Below, one piece after another: positions 51,494 through 60,789 of a stretch of 64,000 nt of DNA. The notes under the pieces are model-generated. The model worked only from the letters and a program-made list of their open reading frames with translations, was not told where the DNA came from and ran no database searches. The stretch lies in IMG/VR virus record IMGVR_UViG_3300035703_000009, positions 124,001 through 188,000 of that record. One strand, written 5' to 3'. How positions within the stretch are numbered: position 1 is the stretch's first letter; each line of letters starts with the position of its first letter. A program made the position numbers and the translations under genes.

Positions 51494-51799
51494 ATGAAAT
51501 ACTTGCCAACTTCTACTGCTGAAAAGGTGTATAAGCTGCTCCAGAGTAAACTTGGAGCCAATTCTGATCACTACGAGAGTGAAGCATTCATATTCCATTA
51601 TGGAGTCATTAACGATGCACCAAAGGATCACAAGTTAAAGTGTAGAGATGGAGTCGACCGTACGTTCTACTGCAACGAAAAGAAGCAGATGTGGGTCACC
51701 GGCCCAGGAACAGAGCAGGTCAACTCAATCTTACGACACATGCATAAGGAGCTGGTAGAAGCCCAACAGCTCGGCGAGTTTAACATAGTCACCGCATGA
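51494..51799 (+). CDS. Hypothetical protein
   Basis: 101-aa ORF in operon. Confidence 0.55.
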   Translation: MKYLPTSTAEKVYKLLQSKLGANSDHYESEAFIFHYGVINDAPKDHKLKCRDGVDRTFYCNEKKQMWVTGPGTEQVNSILRHMHKELVEAQQLGEFNIVTA

Positions 51800-52224
51800 G
51801 ACTTGAAGTGCCAAAGGAAAAGGATCCTACATTCGGAACCATCTTTTTTCAAGCGATATCCGAAGGTCTGACCGACCTCAAGCTTGAGAACGGAAAGTGG
51901 CCTAATACGATTCTTTTTTGCGGTCCTTTGGGCGAAGAGCTATTTGACCACCTAACCGAACTCAGTTGGGACATGACGACATTCAATCCCACTAAGGGCG
52001 GCGGCCTTGTCAATAAGATCAGGGTCGAGTACTCAAAGCCAATATCGCAGATCGAAGAGCGAGGAGGTACAGTCTTTGACGAGGCGCTCTCAACCAAGAC
52101 CTTAAATGGAATTCCCGATGCCAGGACAATGGCAAAAATACAGACAGCTTATTCAAACCTTGCATACACGATCGAGCGATCAGTTCGACCTAGCTATGAG
52201 ATAAAACTATTTCGAAAAAAATGA
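51796..52224 (+). CDS. Hypothetical protein
   Basis: 142-aa ORF, ATGA-coupled. Confidence 0.55.
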   Translation: MRLEVPKEKDPTFGTIFFQAISEGLTDLKLENGKWPNTILFCGPLGEELFDHLTELSWDMTTFNPTKGGGLVNKIRVEYSKPISQIEERGGTVFDEALSTKTLNGIPDARTMAKIQTAYSNLAYTIERSVRPSYEIKLFRKK

Positions 52225-53345
52225 ACACACTAGACAAACAATATCAAGACCTACTTGCTACTATTTTAGAACATGGCGTGACCAAGAAGGATCGCACTGG
52301 AACTGGAACTACCTCCATTTTCGGTTACACCATTCGACACAACATGAAGCAAGGATTTCCATTACTTACCACCAAGAAAATTCACTTTAAATCAGTAGTA
52401 ACTGAACTGCTTTGGTTTCTACAAGGTAGAACAGATTTGAAATGGTTGTTGGATAATGGTAATACTATTTGGGTCGGAGACGCATATAAGCATTTCACTA
52501 ATGAAGTTAATTATATTATTGATGGATATAGGAGCGGCGATATTTTAGGAACGCAACCACATATTGAAGCATTGTTTAGTAACACAAATGAACTCATACC
52601 TCTTACGAAAGAAGAATTCATCAACAAAATCAAAACAGATGATGAGTTTGCTAAGAAGTGGGGGTCACTCGGAAAGATATATGGACATCAATGGAGAAGT
52701 TGGGGCGAAAGAAGGCACGATTCAATCGATAACGAGTACGTTATTGGTATAGACCAAATCCAAAACTTAATTAACAAGTTAAAAAACAATCCTGATGATA
52801 GAAGAATGATGGTCACCGCTTGGAACCCGTCAGAAGTTGAAAGTTGTGTTTTGCCACCTTGTCATTATGGGTTTCAAGTTTATACAAGAGAGCTAACGTG
52901 GGAAGAACAAGTTCAATGGGTTATGAAGAACACTAACGTTGAATGGGAAAATCTTTATATAGTAGAAGAAATAGCCAAACCGTCTACCCCAACTAGAGCA
53001 ATCTCTTTAATGTGGAATCAGAGAAGTGTGGATACACCACTTGGTTTACCATTCAATATAGCATCTTATGGTTTGCTATTAGAAATCATTGCTAAGATTG
53101 TGAATATGGTTCCTGATGAATTAATCGGTAATTTAGGTGATACGCACATTTATTCAAATCAAATTGATGGGTGTAAAGAACAATTAACACGAGAAGTGTT
53201 TGATCTACCTACATTAGTTCATTCAAAAACTGATGACTTTTGGAGATCATTTGATGTTAGTCTATTTGGTCATTTAGATACTAACGATTTTAGAGTCGAA
53301 AATTACAAATCAGGTGATACAATTCATTTCCCTCTTAGCAACTAA
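52221..53345 (+). CDS. thyA: Thymidylate synthase
   Basis: DRTGTGT, FPLLTTKK, ELLWFL, YGHQWR, LPPCH, QRSVD..LGLPFNIASY and GDTHIY. Confidence 0.95.
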   Translation: MNTLDKQYQDLLATILEHGVTKKDRTGTGTTSIFGYTIRHNMKQGFPLLTTKKIHFKSVVTELLWFLQGRTDLKWLLDNGNTIWVGDAYKHFTNEVNYIIDGYRSGDILGTQPHIEALFSNTNELIPLTKEEFINKIKTDDEFAKKWGSLGKIYGHQWRSWGERRHDSIDNEYVIGIDQIQNLINKLKNNPDDRRMMVTAWNPSEVESCVLPPCHYGFQVYTRELTWEEQVQWVMKNTNVEWENLYIVEEIAKPSTPTRAISLMWNQRSVDTPLGLPFNIASYGLLLEIIAKIVNMVPDELIGNLGDTHIYSNQIDGCKEQLTREVFDLPTLVHSKTDDFWRSFDVSLFGHLDTNDFRVENYKSGDTIHFPLSN

Positions 53346-53377
53346 GTCAATTGCTAAGTTGAGCATAATTATTAAGA

Positions 53378-53385
53378 TAAATAAC
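53378..53385 (+). promoter_or_regulatory. Late-promoter-like ATAAATA motif (representative copy)
   Basis: Recurs shortly upstream of many structural genes; resembles the T4 late promoter TATAAATA. Confidence 0.6.
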
Positions 53386-53400
53386 TAAAAAACTAGTACA

Positions 53401-53724
53401 ATGGCAGCATTTAACACAATTCACGTATTTGGCTTTGGTGATGTTCAAGCAATAGGAGAAAAAAACGGAACCGTAAAAGCAGACACCCTGACCAAATTAG
53501 CGGCTTTCGTTGACCACATCAAAACCTTTAAGCCAGAAGACGTAGTTCTTACTGACTATCACGTAATCCACATCTTCAACGGAATGGACGTTCGTTACCT
53601 AGGTAAAGGCACTGATGACAAGAAGGACAAGACTTCTTTTTCAGTTAAGATCTCAGAAGTTGACTCAACTTCCCTAAACGATTTTACAGCTGAGCTGCTT
53701 GCAGCGATCCCTGACGAGGCATAA
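53401..53724 (+). CDS. Small protein, paralog of 57288..57605 (fibre-associated?)
   Basis: FNTIHVFGFG...FVDHIK.FKP.DV.L.DYHVIHIFN shared with the paralog. Confidence 0.7.
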   Translation: MAAFNTIHVFGFGDVQAIGEKNGTVKADTLTKLAAFVDHIKTFKPEDVVLTDYHVIHIFNGMDVRYLGKGTDDKKDKTSFSVKISEVDSTSLNDFTAELLAAIPDEA

Positions 53725-53849
53725 TCTTACCTAAAACCGAACAAAATGATCTATATTGAATGGGGCGAAAAGTCTTCAAAGAAGGATCATAATATTATGA
53801 TGCAGACACATGTACAGTAAAGATCGTGTGCTACTCAATCTTAATCAAG

Positions 53850-53876
53850 AAGGGACTCGAATGGGCCCTTTTTTTT
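53850..53876 (+). terminator. Probable intrinsic terminator
   Basis: AAGGG..CTC-gaat-GGG-CCCTT followed by a long T-run. Confidence 0.55.
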
Positions 53877-53936
53877 GTTTAGGTTAAGCTCGAGGTAGGG
53901 CTAGCCCAATTAGATAAATAAAATAAAAGTGCCGAC

Positions 53937-55853
53937 ATGCAGTATAGATCAGGCGTAGAGATCCCAAAGGTCTCATTTTCAGACATAGATTACACCCAAA
54001 TAAATTCCAACGCGTTCTTTATTGGGTTCGACCTCGATAACTTGGGCAAGCTCTCAAAGATCGACGAGTTTGGTAACATCACCGCGATCGAGGGAGCCGG
54101 CGGAGGCAGCTCAATTATGATTGAGGACAGTGGGTTAGGCTCAACTGTTCGTATCAATAACTGTAATTCGGCAAGCGACTGCTTTTCAACAGTCAGTGGA
54201 GGTTGCTGTAATACTATTAATGCTTTTACAACATGTTCAGGCTATATCGTATTTGGAAATACAATCGGTGGTGGTCAATGTAATACAATAAATTCAAATA
54301 GTGCTTATTATGGAAATGCTGGTGGTGTTACAATAGCAGGTGGTTTTAACAATACAACATGTTCAAACTATTATGGGTTTAATACCATAGGTGGCGGTTG
54401 TAACAACACGGCATCGGGTGATGCTTCCACAGTGGGTGGCGGGGTTAACAACCCGGCATCGGGTGATGCTTCCACAGTGGGTGGCGGGGTTAACAACACG
54501 GCATCGGGTTCTATTTCCACAGTGGGTGGCGGGGTTAACAACACGGCATCGGGTGATGCTTCCACAGTGGGTGGCGGTTTAAACAACACGGCATCGAGTG
54601 CTTGTTCCACAGTTGGTGGCGGATATAACAACACAGCATCGGGTTATTGTTTTTCCACAGTAAGTGGTGGATATTGTAATGCCGCATCATGCGATAATTC
54701 AACCGTAAGTGGCGGTAGAAACAACACGGCATCGGGTTCTATTTCCACAGTGGGTGGCGGTAGAGAAAACACGGCATTAAGTAATTATTCCACAATCGGT
54801 GGCGGTGAGAGCAATACCGCATCGGGTTATCATTCCACAGTTGGTGGCGGTATAGGCAACACAGCATCATGTAATTCTTCCACAGTTGGTGGCGGAGATA
54901 GCAATACGGCATCAAATTGTACTTCAACAGTAAGTGGTGGTTATGGTAATAATGCATCAAGTAATGGTTCAACAGTAAGTGGTGGGGCTGGTAATACAGC
55001 ATCATGTGATTATTCAACAGTAGGTGGTGGTAGAAATAATACTTCATCTGGTTATAATACAACAGTAAGTGGTGGTTATAATAATACTGCGTCAGGTTGT
55101 AGTTCAACAGTAAGTGGTGGTTATGGTAATACTATTAATGCTTTTACAACATGTTCAGGTTACAGTGTATATGGAAATACCATAGGTGGTGGTCAACAAA
55201 ATACAATAAATTCAAATAGTGCTTGTTACGGAAATGCTGGTGGCGTTACAATAGCTGGTGGTTTTAACAATACAACATGTTCAGGTTTTTATGGGTTTAA
55301 TACCATAGGTGGCGGTTGTAATAATATCGCATCGGCTAACTTTTCAACAGTAGGCGGCGGTAGACAAAACACGGCATCGGGTAGTTATTCCACAGTTAGT
55401 GGAGGATATGTCAACACGGCATCGAGTAATTTTTCCACAGTCGGTGGCGGTCAGCTTAACACGGTATCGGGTGGTTGTTCCACAGTCGGTGGCGGTTTAG
55501 GCAACACGGCATCGGGTTCTATTTCCACAGTCGGTGGCGGTTTAGGCAACACGGCATCGGGTTCTATTTCCACAGTAGGTGGCGGTAGACAAAACACGGC
55601 ATCGGGTTGCTGTTCCACAGTTAGTGGCGGTTTTTGCAACACGGCATCGGGTTGTAATTCATCGATCTTAGGCGGAACTACCAATAATACTAACTCATGT
55701 AGCTGTGCAATGATTGTTGGTAGCAATATCACTGCAAACCGTGCTTGTGCAACTTTCGTCAACAACTTATCCATCATGAATATTCCAACTTCATCTGCTG
55801 GTTTACCTGCAGGCGCGATCTATAGTGATAGTTGTGTTCTAAAAATAGTGTAA
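53937..55853 (+). CDS. Fibre-like protein with 14-aa GGGxxNTASxxxSTV repeats, Cys-rich
   Basis: Tandem 42-bp repeats; N-terminal domain shared with 55860; C-terminal motif shared with the 16904 gene. Confidence 0.8.
   Translation: MQYRSGVEIPKVSFSDIDYTQINSNAFFIGFDLDNLGKLSKIDEFGNITAIEGAGGGSSIMIEDSGLGSTVRINNCNSASDCFSTVSGGCCNTINAFTTCSGYIVFGNTIGGGQCNTINSNSAYYGNAGGVTIAGGFNNTTCSNYYGFNTIGGGCNNTASGDASTVGGGVNNPASGDASTVGGGVNNTASGSISTVGGGVNNTASGDASTVGGGLNNTASSACSTVGGGYNNTASGYCFSTVSGGYCNAASCDNSTVSGGRNNTASGSISTVGGGRENTALSNYSTIGGGESNTASGYHSTVGGGIGNTASCNSSTVGGGDSNTASNCTSTVSGGYGNNASSNGSTVSGGAGNTASCDYSTVGGGRNNTSSGYNTTVSGGYNNTASGCSSTVSGGYGNTINAFTTCSGYSVYGNTIGGGQQNTINSNSACYGNAGGVTIAGGFNNTTCSGFYGFNTIGGGCNNIASANFSTVGGGRQNTASGSYSTVSGGYVNTASSNFSTVGGGQLNTVSGGCSTVGGGLGNTASGSISTVGGGLGNTASGSISTVGGGRQNTASGCCSTVSGGFCNTASGCNSSILGGTTNNTNSCSCAMIVGSNITANRACATFVNNLSIMNIPTSSAGLPAGAIYSDSCVLKIV
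54722..54850 (+). repeat. 129-bp block identical (inverted) to 18849..18977
   Basis: Base-by-base comparison of the two fibre genes. Confidence 0.85.
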
Positions 55854-55859
55854 TAATAA

Positions 55860-57251
55860 ATGTACAAATCAGGCATAGAAATTCCAAAAGTAGACTTTTC
55901 AATCATCAGCTGTAACCGGATTGCGGCTGGCAGCTACTTTATCGGTTTCAACCTTGGAAACAGCGGTAAGCTCTCAAAGATGGACTGTAACGGCATCATC
56001 ACCGTGATCGAGGGAGCCGGCTCTTCGATCTATGAAGAGGACTCTGGTGTTAGCTCAGCCCTGCGTACGGGTGCAGGTTCGGTTCCGAGTGACTATGCGA
56101 CGGTGAGCGGCGGTCAGTGCAACCTAATCACGGCTCCAAGCGGCGGAGCTACTAGCTGGCTAGTGACTCAGAACCCGGCGAATCCAATCGATTATAGTGA
56201 CGCGGTCACCCAAGACTCGACCACTGGAGCCGGTGTAGGCGCAGCTATCCTCATCGACATTGTTGCCGGTACAACATCAGTAAATCTAACGTTCAATCCA
56301 GGCCAAGGCTATCAGGTAGGAGATCTCATCACGATATTAGGCTCGCAAGTCGGCGGCTCAGACGGAGTAGATGACGTCATCCTGCAAGTCGATTCAGTAT
56401 TTTCAGGCAGTTCGTTTATTGGATCCGGCTGCTCAAACTCAATCGCTGGCTTGGGATCGTCAATCGTTGGTGGAGTGGGTAACACAATCGACCAAGGCGG
56501 TTATGGTTCGTTCATTGGAGGTGGTAACGATAACTTAGTGTGTGCTCCGTATGGAACTGTCGCAGGCGGGCTTAATAACGTATCGACTAACGTAGGATCG
56601 TCAATAGTTGGTGGAGCATTTAACACTACTTCTGAAACAGGTTCAACCGTAGGTGGCGGGGTTAACAACACGTCATCGGGTTTTTTTTCAACAGTAGGTG
56701 GCGGTGAGAGCAATACCGCATCGTGTTGTTTTTCAACAGTAGGTGGCGGAGGTGCCAACACGGCATCGGGTTATTATTCCACAGTTAGTGGCGGCGGAAG
56801 CAACACGGCATCAAATCAATATTCCACAGTTAGTGGTGGTAGACAAAACACGGCATTATGTTGTTATTCCACAGTTAGTGGCGGTTTTTGCAACACGGCA
56901 TCGAGTTATTCTTCCACAGTGGGTGGCGGTAAATGCAACACGTCATCATGTGATTCTTCCACAGTAAGTGGCGGATTTAGCAACACAGCATCGGGTTATT
57001 ATTCCACAGTTAGTGGCGGATGTAGAAACACGGCATCGGGTAGTTATTCCGGCATATTAGGTGGTCAAGGTAACAATATTTGTGGTTGTAACTGTAGCTT
57101 CATCGTTGGTAGCAATATATGTGCTGACCGTACATGTACAACGTTTGTTAACACATTATCAGTAAAGAACATGCCGACTGAATCTGATCTGCCTTTACCT
57201 AGCGGAGTGATCTATCTTTGCACAGGTGATGGGACGCTAAGAATCGCCTAA
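55860..57251 (+). CDS. Fibre-like repeat protein, paralog
   Basis: Same N-terminus (SG.EIPKV.F...FIGF.L.N.GKLSK.D), GQGYQVGD insert module and 14-aa repeats. Confidence 0.8.
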   Translation: MYKSGIEIPKVDFSIISCNRIAAGSYFIGFNLGNSGKLSKMDCNGIITVIEGAGSSIYEEDSGVSSALRTGAGSVPSDYATVSGGQCNLITAPSGGATSWLVTQNPANPIDYSDAVTQDSTTGAGVGAAILIDIVAGTTSVNLTFNPGQGYQVGDLITILGSQVGGSDGVDDVILQVDSVFSGSSFIGSGCSNSIAGLGSSIVGGVGNTIDQGGYGSFIGGGNDNLVCAPYGTVAGGLNNVSTNVGSSIVGGAFNTTSETGSTVGGGVNNTSSGFFSTVGGGESNTASCCFSTVGGGGANTASGYYSTVSGGGSNTASNQYSTVSGGRQNTALCCYSTVSGGFCNTASSYSSTVGGGKCNTSSCDSSTVSGGFSNTASGYYSTVSGGCRNTASGSYSGILGGQGNNICGCNCSFIVGSNICADRTCTTFVNTLSVKNMPTESDLPLPSGVIYLCTGDGTLRIA

Positions 57252-57287
57252 ATTATCAGATAAATAATAAAAACAATCACGATAGCG

Positions 57288-57605
57288 ATGAGCACATTCA
57301 ACACAATACACGTATTTGGATTTGGAAAGATCCAGGTGGTAAAAGAAAACGGCGGAACGCTAGACTCTTCTGCAGTAACTTCCTTAGCTACTTTTGTTGA
57401 CCACATCAAGGGATTTAAACCAGCTGACGTCACACTAAGCGACTATCACGTGATCCACATTTTCAATAATTTTGACATCAAGTACTTGGGTAAGAATGAT
57501 GGTAATTTCAAGGTAAAGAATCAATTTAGCGTAAAGCTTAGCGACGTAGACGCAACTATCTACAATAACTTCGTGAACGAGGTAATTTCCATGTTACCGG
57601 CTTAA
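57288..57605 (+). CDS. Small protein, paralog of 53401..53724
   Basis: Clear sequence similarity to the paralog. Confidence 0.7.
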   Translation: MSTFNTIHVFGFGKIQVVKENGGTLDSSAVTSLATFVDHIKGFKPADVTLSDYHVIHIFNNFDIKYLGKNDGNFKVKNQFSVKLSDVDATIYNNFVNEVISMLPA

Positions 57606-58420
57606 TAGTACTTAAACTCGTCGTAGAACCACTTGTAATTGGTCTTAATCCAGTTACTAGCATATGTTCCTAACACTTCCTTGTAATTTTCCTTTAGAGG
57701 TTCGATTTTCGTACGAATCTGGTGATCGCCATAGATGCCATACACCTCATCATCCTCTTGAGTTATCTGCTCAACTCGATCGAAGTCATGCTCATAATAA
57801 GGCACGCCTAAATACTCGTATACTCTAGCCATTTCTTTGGCAGGGTTGCTAGTAAATTCCTCAAACTTAATGAATAGCATCTTCTTGTTGATTCCCTCCT
57901 TAAAGATCTGCTGCAATCGTTCGACGGCAAGCCCAACAGGCTGACTCTGTGCCCAAATGTCGATGCGTTTCTCGGTGGTGGTGCCTTGCATCGCTGCGTG
58001 GTTCACTATTCCTGAGTCCTTATCCTGGTTCTTTCTAAAGTTCTTCTCCATAGATGCAAAGACTCCGCGTAGGTCTCGTACCATGCACACTATCTTGGGA
58101 TCCGGATAGAAGGAATTAAGGAAGCCATAGTGAATGCCCCAACCGCGGCTCTTGTCCAAGACGTATGGTTTATCAGTTATCTCATTGAAGAAACCAGTTA
58201 ATCCAGCATTGCAGAATCCTGCAAATCCCTTGCGCATCAGGGATGAATCCTGGGCCTTAAATTCAGGCGAGTTAGTGTAATTATTACGTGCAGCGTAGAC
58301 TAACTCTAGGAGGCCTGAAGTAGGCGTCACATAGAATTTTGGGTTCTGACCCATCACGTTCTGGAAAAGGGTGGAACCTGCACGTGGCAGGCTCGCTTGA
58401 AAAAAGATCTTTTGTACCAT
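57602..58420 (-). CDS. Sulfotransferase
   Basis: SLPRAGSTL 5'-PSB loop; MVRD...S 3'-PB motif; IKFEEF..NP. Confidence 0.85.
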   Translation of the reverse strand: MVQKIFFQASLPRAGSTLFQNVMGQNPKFYVTPTSGLLELVYAARNNYTNSPEFKAQDSSLMRKGFAGFCNAGLTGFFNEITDKPYVLDKSRGWGIHYGFLNSFYPDPKIVCMVRDLRGVFASMEKNFRKNQDKDSGIVNHAAMQGTTTEKRIDIWAQSQPVGLAVERLQQIFKEGINKKMLFIKFEEFTSNPAKEMARVYEYLGVPYYEHDFDRVEQITQEDDEVYGIYGDHQIRTKIEPLKENYKEVLGTYASNWIKTNYKWFYDEFKYY

Positions 58421-59304
58421 TAGATTTGATTTATTGAGTTGAGCACCTCTGAGCTGTCAAAGATGTTAAGGTCGGTGAGCGGACACTCATGCAAGTTGCC
58501 GTGGAATCCATAGTCGAACAAGTAGCTGTCGGGCAGCTTAAAGTCCTCTGGTAGGTTCGCGCAGACGTTGTTGTGTATCGAGTAACCAAATATCTTCGGT
58601 GAGGTACCGATCCATAATACTGTAGAAGGTAGCTTTAAGGCAGCGGCTGCGTGCTGCAAGCATGAGTCAATGAGCACTCTCTTGCTAGAGTAAAGCAGCA
58701 AAGAAAATAGCTCCATATTAGACATTGGTGCAAATATCGCTTCTGCTCCAGGAACGGCTTGTCCCTGCTCTCTACACACTTGGATGATGTGATACTGACC
58801 TGAAAAAGCCTTCACTATCTCTTCGACTAGAGAAAACGGCATGTCTCGAGTCCATGAATATGGATATGGTTGGTCTTTGATCGGGCCGCCATTGGATTGG
58901 ATGACCATGATCGGTCGATTGCGAGTCCATTTAGTGTAGCCATACTGACGCTGCCGAATGTTGAACACCAGATCTGGGCTCTCGCCTTCGTATTTTAAGT
59001 CGTATAGCTTACACCAGTTCTCGACAAGAGATAACTGTTTGTGCACGTGCTCGGTGGTAAAATAGGGCTCGTGCTTAAAGATCAAGGTGTCCTGATCCTT
59101 AATGTAGTCCTGATAAAAGTATGGAGTGGCACCGATGCGATACACTCGATCAATGAATCCCAGATTCAAAAAGATCTCTGGATAGGCACACACCACAATG
59201 AGCTTACGATCGGGGTGGTTATTTTTGATGCACTGGGCAACGGCAGTTGCCGCTACATGCTTACCGAGTCCTCCCTCGATGTGAAACAAGCAGTATTTGT
59301 TCAT
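58420..59304 (-). CDS. Glycosyltransferase, GT9 (heptosyltransferase)-like
   Basis: GGLGK...AT and LIDSCLQHAAAAL..PSTVLW. Confidence 0.75.
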   Translation of the reverse strand: MNKYCLFHIEGGLGKHVAATAVAQCIKNNHPDRKLIVVCAYPEIFLNLGFIDRVYRIGATPYFYQDYIKDQDTLIFKHEPYFTTEHVHKQLSLVENWCKLYDLKYEGESPDLVFNIRQRQYGYTKWTRNRPIMVIQSNGGPIKDQPYPYSWTRDMPFSLVEEIVKAFSGQYHIIQVCREQGQAVPGAEAIFAPMSNMELFSLLLYSSKRVLIDSCLQHAAAALKLPSTVLWIGTSPKIFGYSIHNNVCANLPEDFKLPDSYLFDYGFHGNLHECPLTDLNIFDSSEVLNSINQI

Positions 59305-59711
59305 GGGTTAGCTTTATTTTTTAGCAGCTCAATCAATAGATTGTGAGCATTTATATCTACTAAGGATTTCCATTCAGTTTCTCCAGATAGCACCTGTCTA
59401 CGAATTTCTGTCGCAGAGATATTAGCGGTTACTTGGTCTACCTGGATCTCCTTTACTTCATAACCGACCCCTCTACCGTAATTCACGCTGGCTATGTCAG
59501 GTATGATTATCACCTTGACGAGAGGGTTTCCTCGATAAATCTCTTCCCATAGCCGCTTGACTTCCTCTGCAGATAGCGGGTTCTTGTCGTCTGGTTCAAC
59601 GTCGCGAACTGCAATTAGCACTGGCAGCCCCCGGTCTAGGTATTCTTTAAAGATTGTCTGGTGGCCTTTGTGCGGAGACTGATAGCGACCGATAAAAAGG
59701 TTGTATACCAT
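59301..59711 (-). CDS. HIGH-family nucleotidyltransferase (cytidylyl/adenylyltransferase)
   Basis: FIGRYQSPHKGH and ISATEIR motifs. Confidence 0.8.
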   Translation of the reverse strand: MVYNLFIGRYQSPHKGHQTIFKEYLDRGLPVLIAVRDVEPDDKNPLSAEEVKRLWEEIYRGNPLVKVIIIPDIASVNYGRGVGYEVKEIQVDQVTANISATEIRRQVLSGETEWKSLVDINAHNLLIELLKNKANP

Positions 59712-59717
59712 AATTAT

Positions 59718-59963
59718 TTAAGTTTTTATTTTCTTGACACCAAAGGGTATAGCGTACCAAATTCGTTCGTGTATGTAATATGTGATAATCTTAACGAAAA
59801 AATCGGCTGTTCCTATTGATAATCCTAAGTTTATATCATGGGTGACTAATGTTGCAATTAGAGAGGTGATACTTGACGAATATAGTCGATAAGTAATAGA
59901 CTTTAGTAGATGGCGTTTATGGCTAATCCATGTGTCATGGTTAGAAGATAGTTGACTATTCAT
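59718..59963 (-). CDS. DUF2061-like small membrane protein
   Basis: RHLLKSITYR...K...YYIHERIW. Confidence 0.75.
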   Translation of the reverse strand: MNSQLSSNHDTWISHKRHLLKSITYRLYSSSITSLIATLVTHDINLGLSIGTADFFVKIITYYIHERIWYAIPFGVKKIKT

Positions 59964-60384
59964 TAGTAAGGTAATCTACTATTTTTTGAATGCACTCGTC
60001 CAACTTAAAGTCAGTGTTGACTGCTAAGTAGTCGTGTTGAGGCACTGCATAGTCTTTCACAAAGAAGTCTTCGCGACCTCTAATTTGATTGGTGTTGAGG
60101 AAGATCTCAAACACTCTTGCCGAACTCTTTAGCTCTTCGCGTAAGTCTTCGTATGGACTGACCATTGCTAGTATGGCGACATGGTTTTTTGCAGAAAGGA
60201 ATCGCGCTATGTTATATGCATTGGTTAGGTTGCGACGACGACCTTCCTCACTATAGTCCTTGTTCTTAAAGATTTCTCGGAGCTCGTCACCGTCTATTCT
60301 GATGGAGTTAGGTATCAGTTTTTCAAGTTCTCGTGCGATTGTAGTCTTGCCTGAGCCAGGCTGGCCAATCAAGTGAATTATCAT
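59956..60384 (-). CDS. cysC: Adenylyl-sulfate (APS) kinase
   Basis: GQPGSGKTT, IDGDELR, YSEEGRRRN and VSPY...RE. Confidence 0.85.
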   Translation of the reverse strand: MIIHLIGQPGSGKTTIARELEKLIPNSIRIDGDELREIFKNKDYSEEGRRRNLTNAYNIARFLSAKNHVAILAMVSPYEDLREELKSSARVFEIFLNTNQIRGREDFFVKDYAVPQHDYLAVNTDFKLDECIQKIVDYLTNE

Positions 60385-60478
60385 GTAAGTTAAACTTTTT
60401 TAGAGGCGAGAGTATATAGTTATACTGTATGTGAATCTTGAAGTTTCATCACCTAACTCAATAAATAAACTTAACAAA

Positions 60479-60703
60479 ATGTCTATAAAAAACCTAGCTA
60501 CGATGTTGACCGCACTCCTCTTATTTTGTCTACACGCTCTATATAGAGCGTTCGAATTGAAGTTCGGTTGGTTTTTTGTGAACGGTAATAAGCGCGAAGC
60601 ATGGCAGAGATACTTAGAGAAAAAATACGGCGCACAAGCAAATAAAGATCAATCGTTTAGACAGTTTTTTCGCCAACAATTATCTAGGTTCAAGAAAAAG
60701 TAG
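60479..60703 (+). CDS. Small membrane-associated protein
   Basis: Likely ATG at 60479 after ATAAATA; N-terminal hydrophobic helix. Confidence 0.5.
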   Translation: MSIKNLATMLTALLLFCLHALYRAFELKFGWFFVNGNKREAWQRYLEKKYGAQANKDQSFRQFFRQQLSRFKKK

Positions 60704-60789
60704 TACATTAGCTCCATAATTATTTTTTACAAAACTTAAAACTTTTTCCAAAAGTTAGTATAAATAACTAAAAATTGAAACAACCTTCA

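Noticed and set aside
53746-53820. 24-codon ORF MIYIEWGEK... before a terminator
   Set aside because: Too short, with no recognisable motif or supporting signal.
54400-57060. DGR-like pattern: variable repeat codons are almost all NNT (Tyr, Cys, Ser, Asp and others), as expected from mutated AAT
   Set aside because: Synonymous adenines in GCA/ACA stay nearly invariant, and there is no reverse transcriptase or non-coding template in the window. Codon bias plus recombination explains the pattern.
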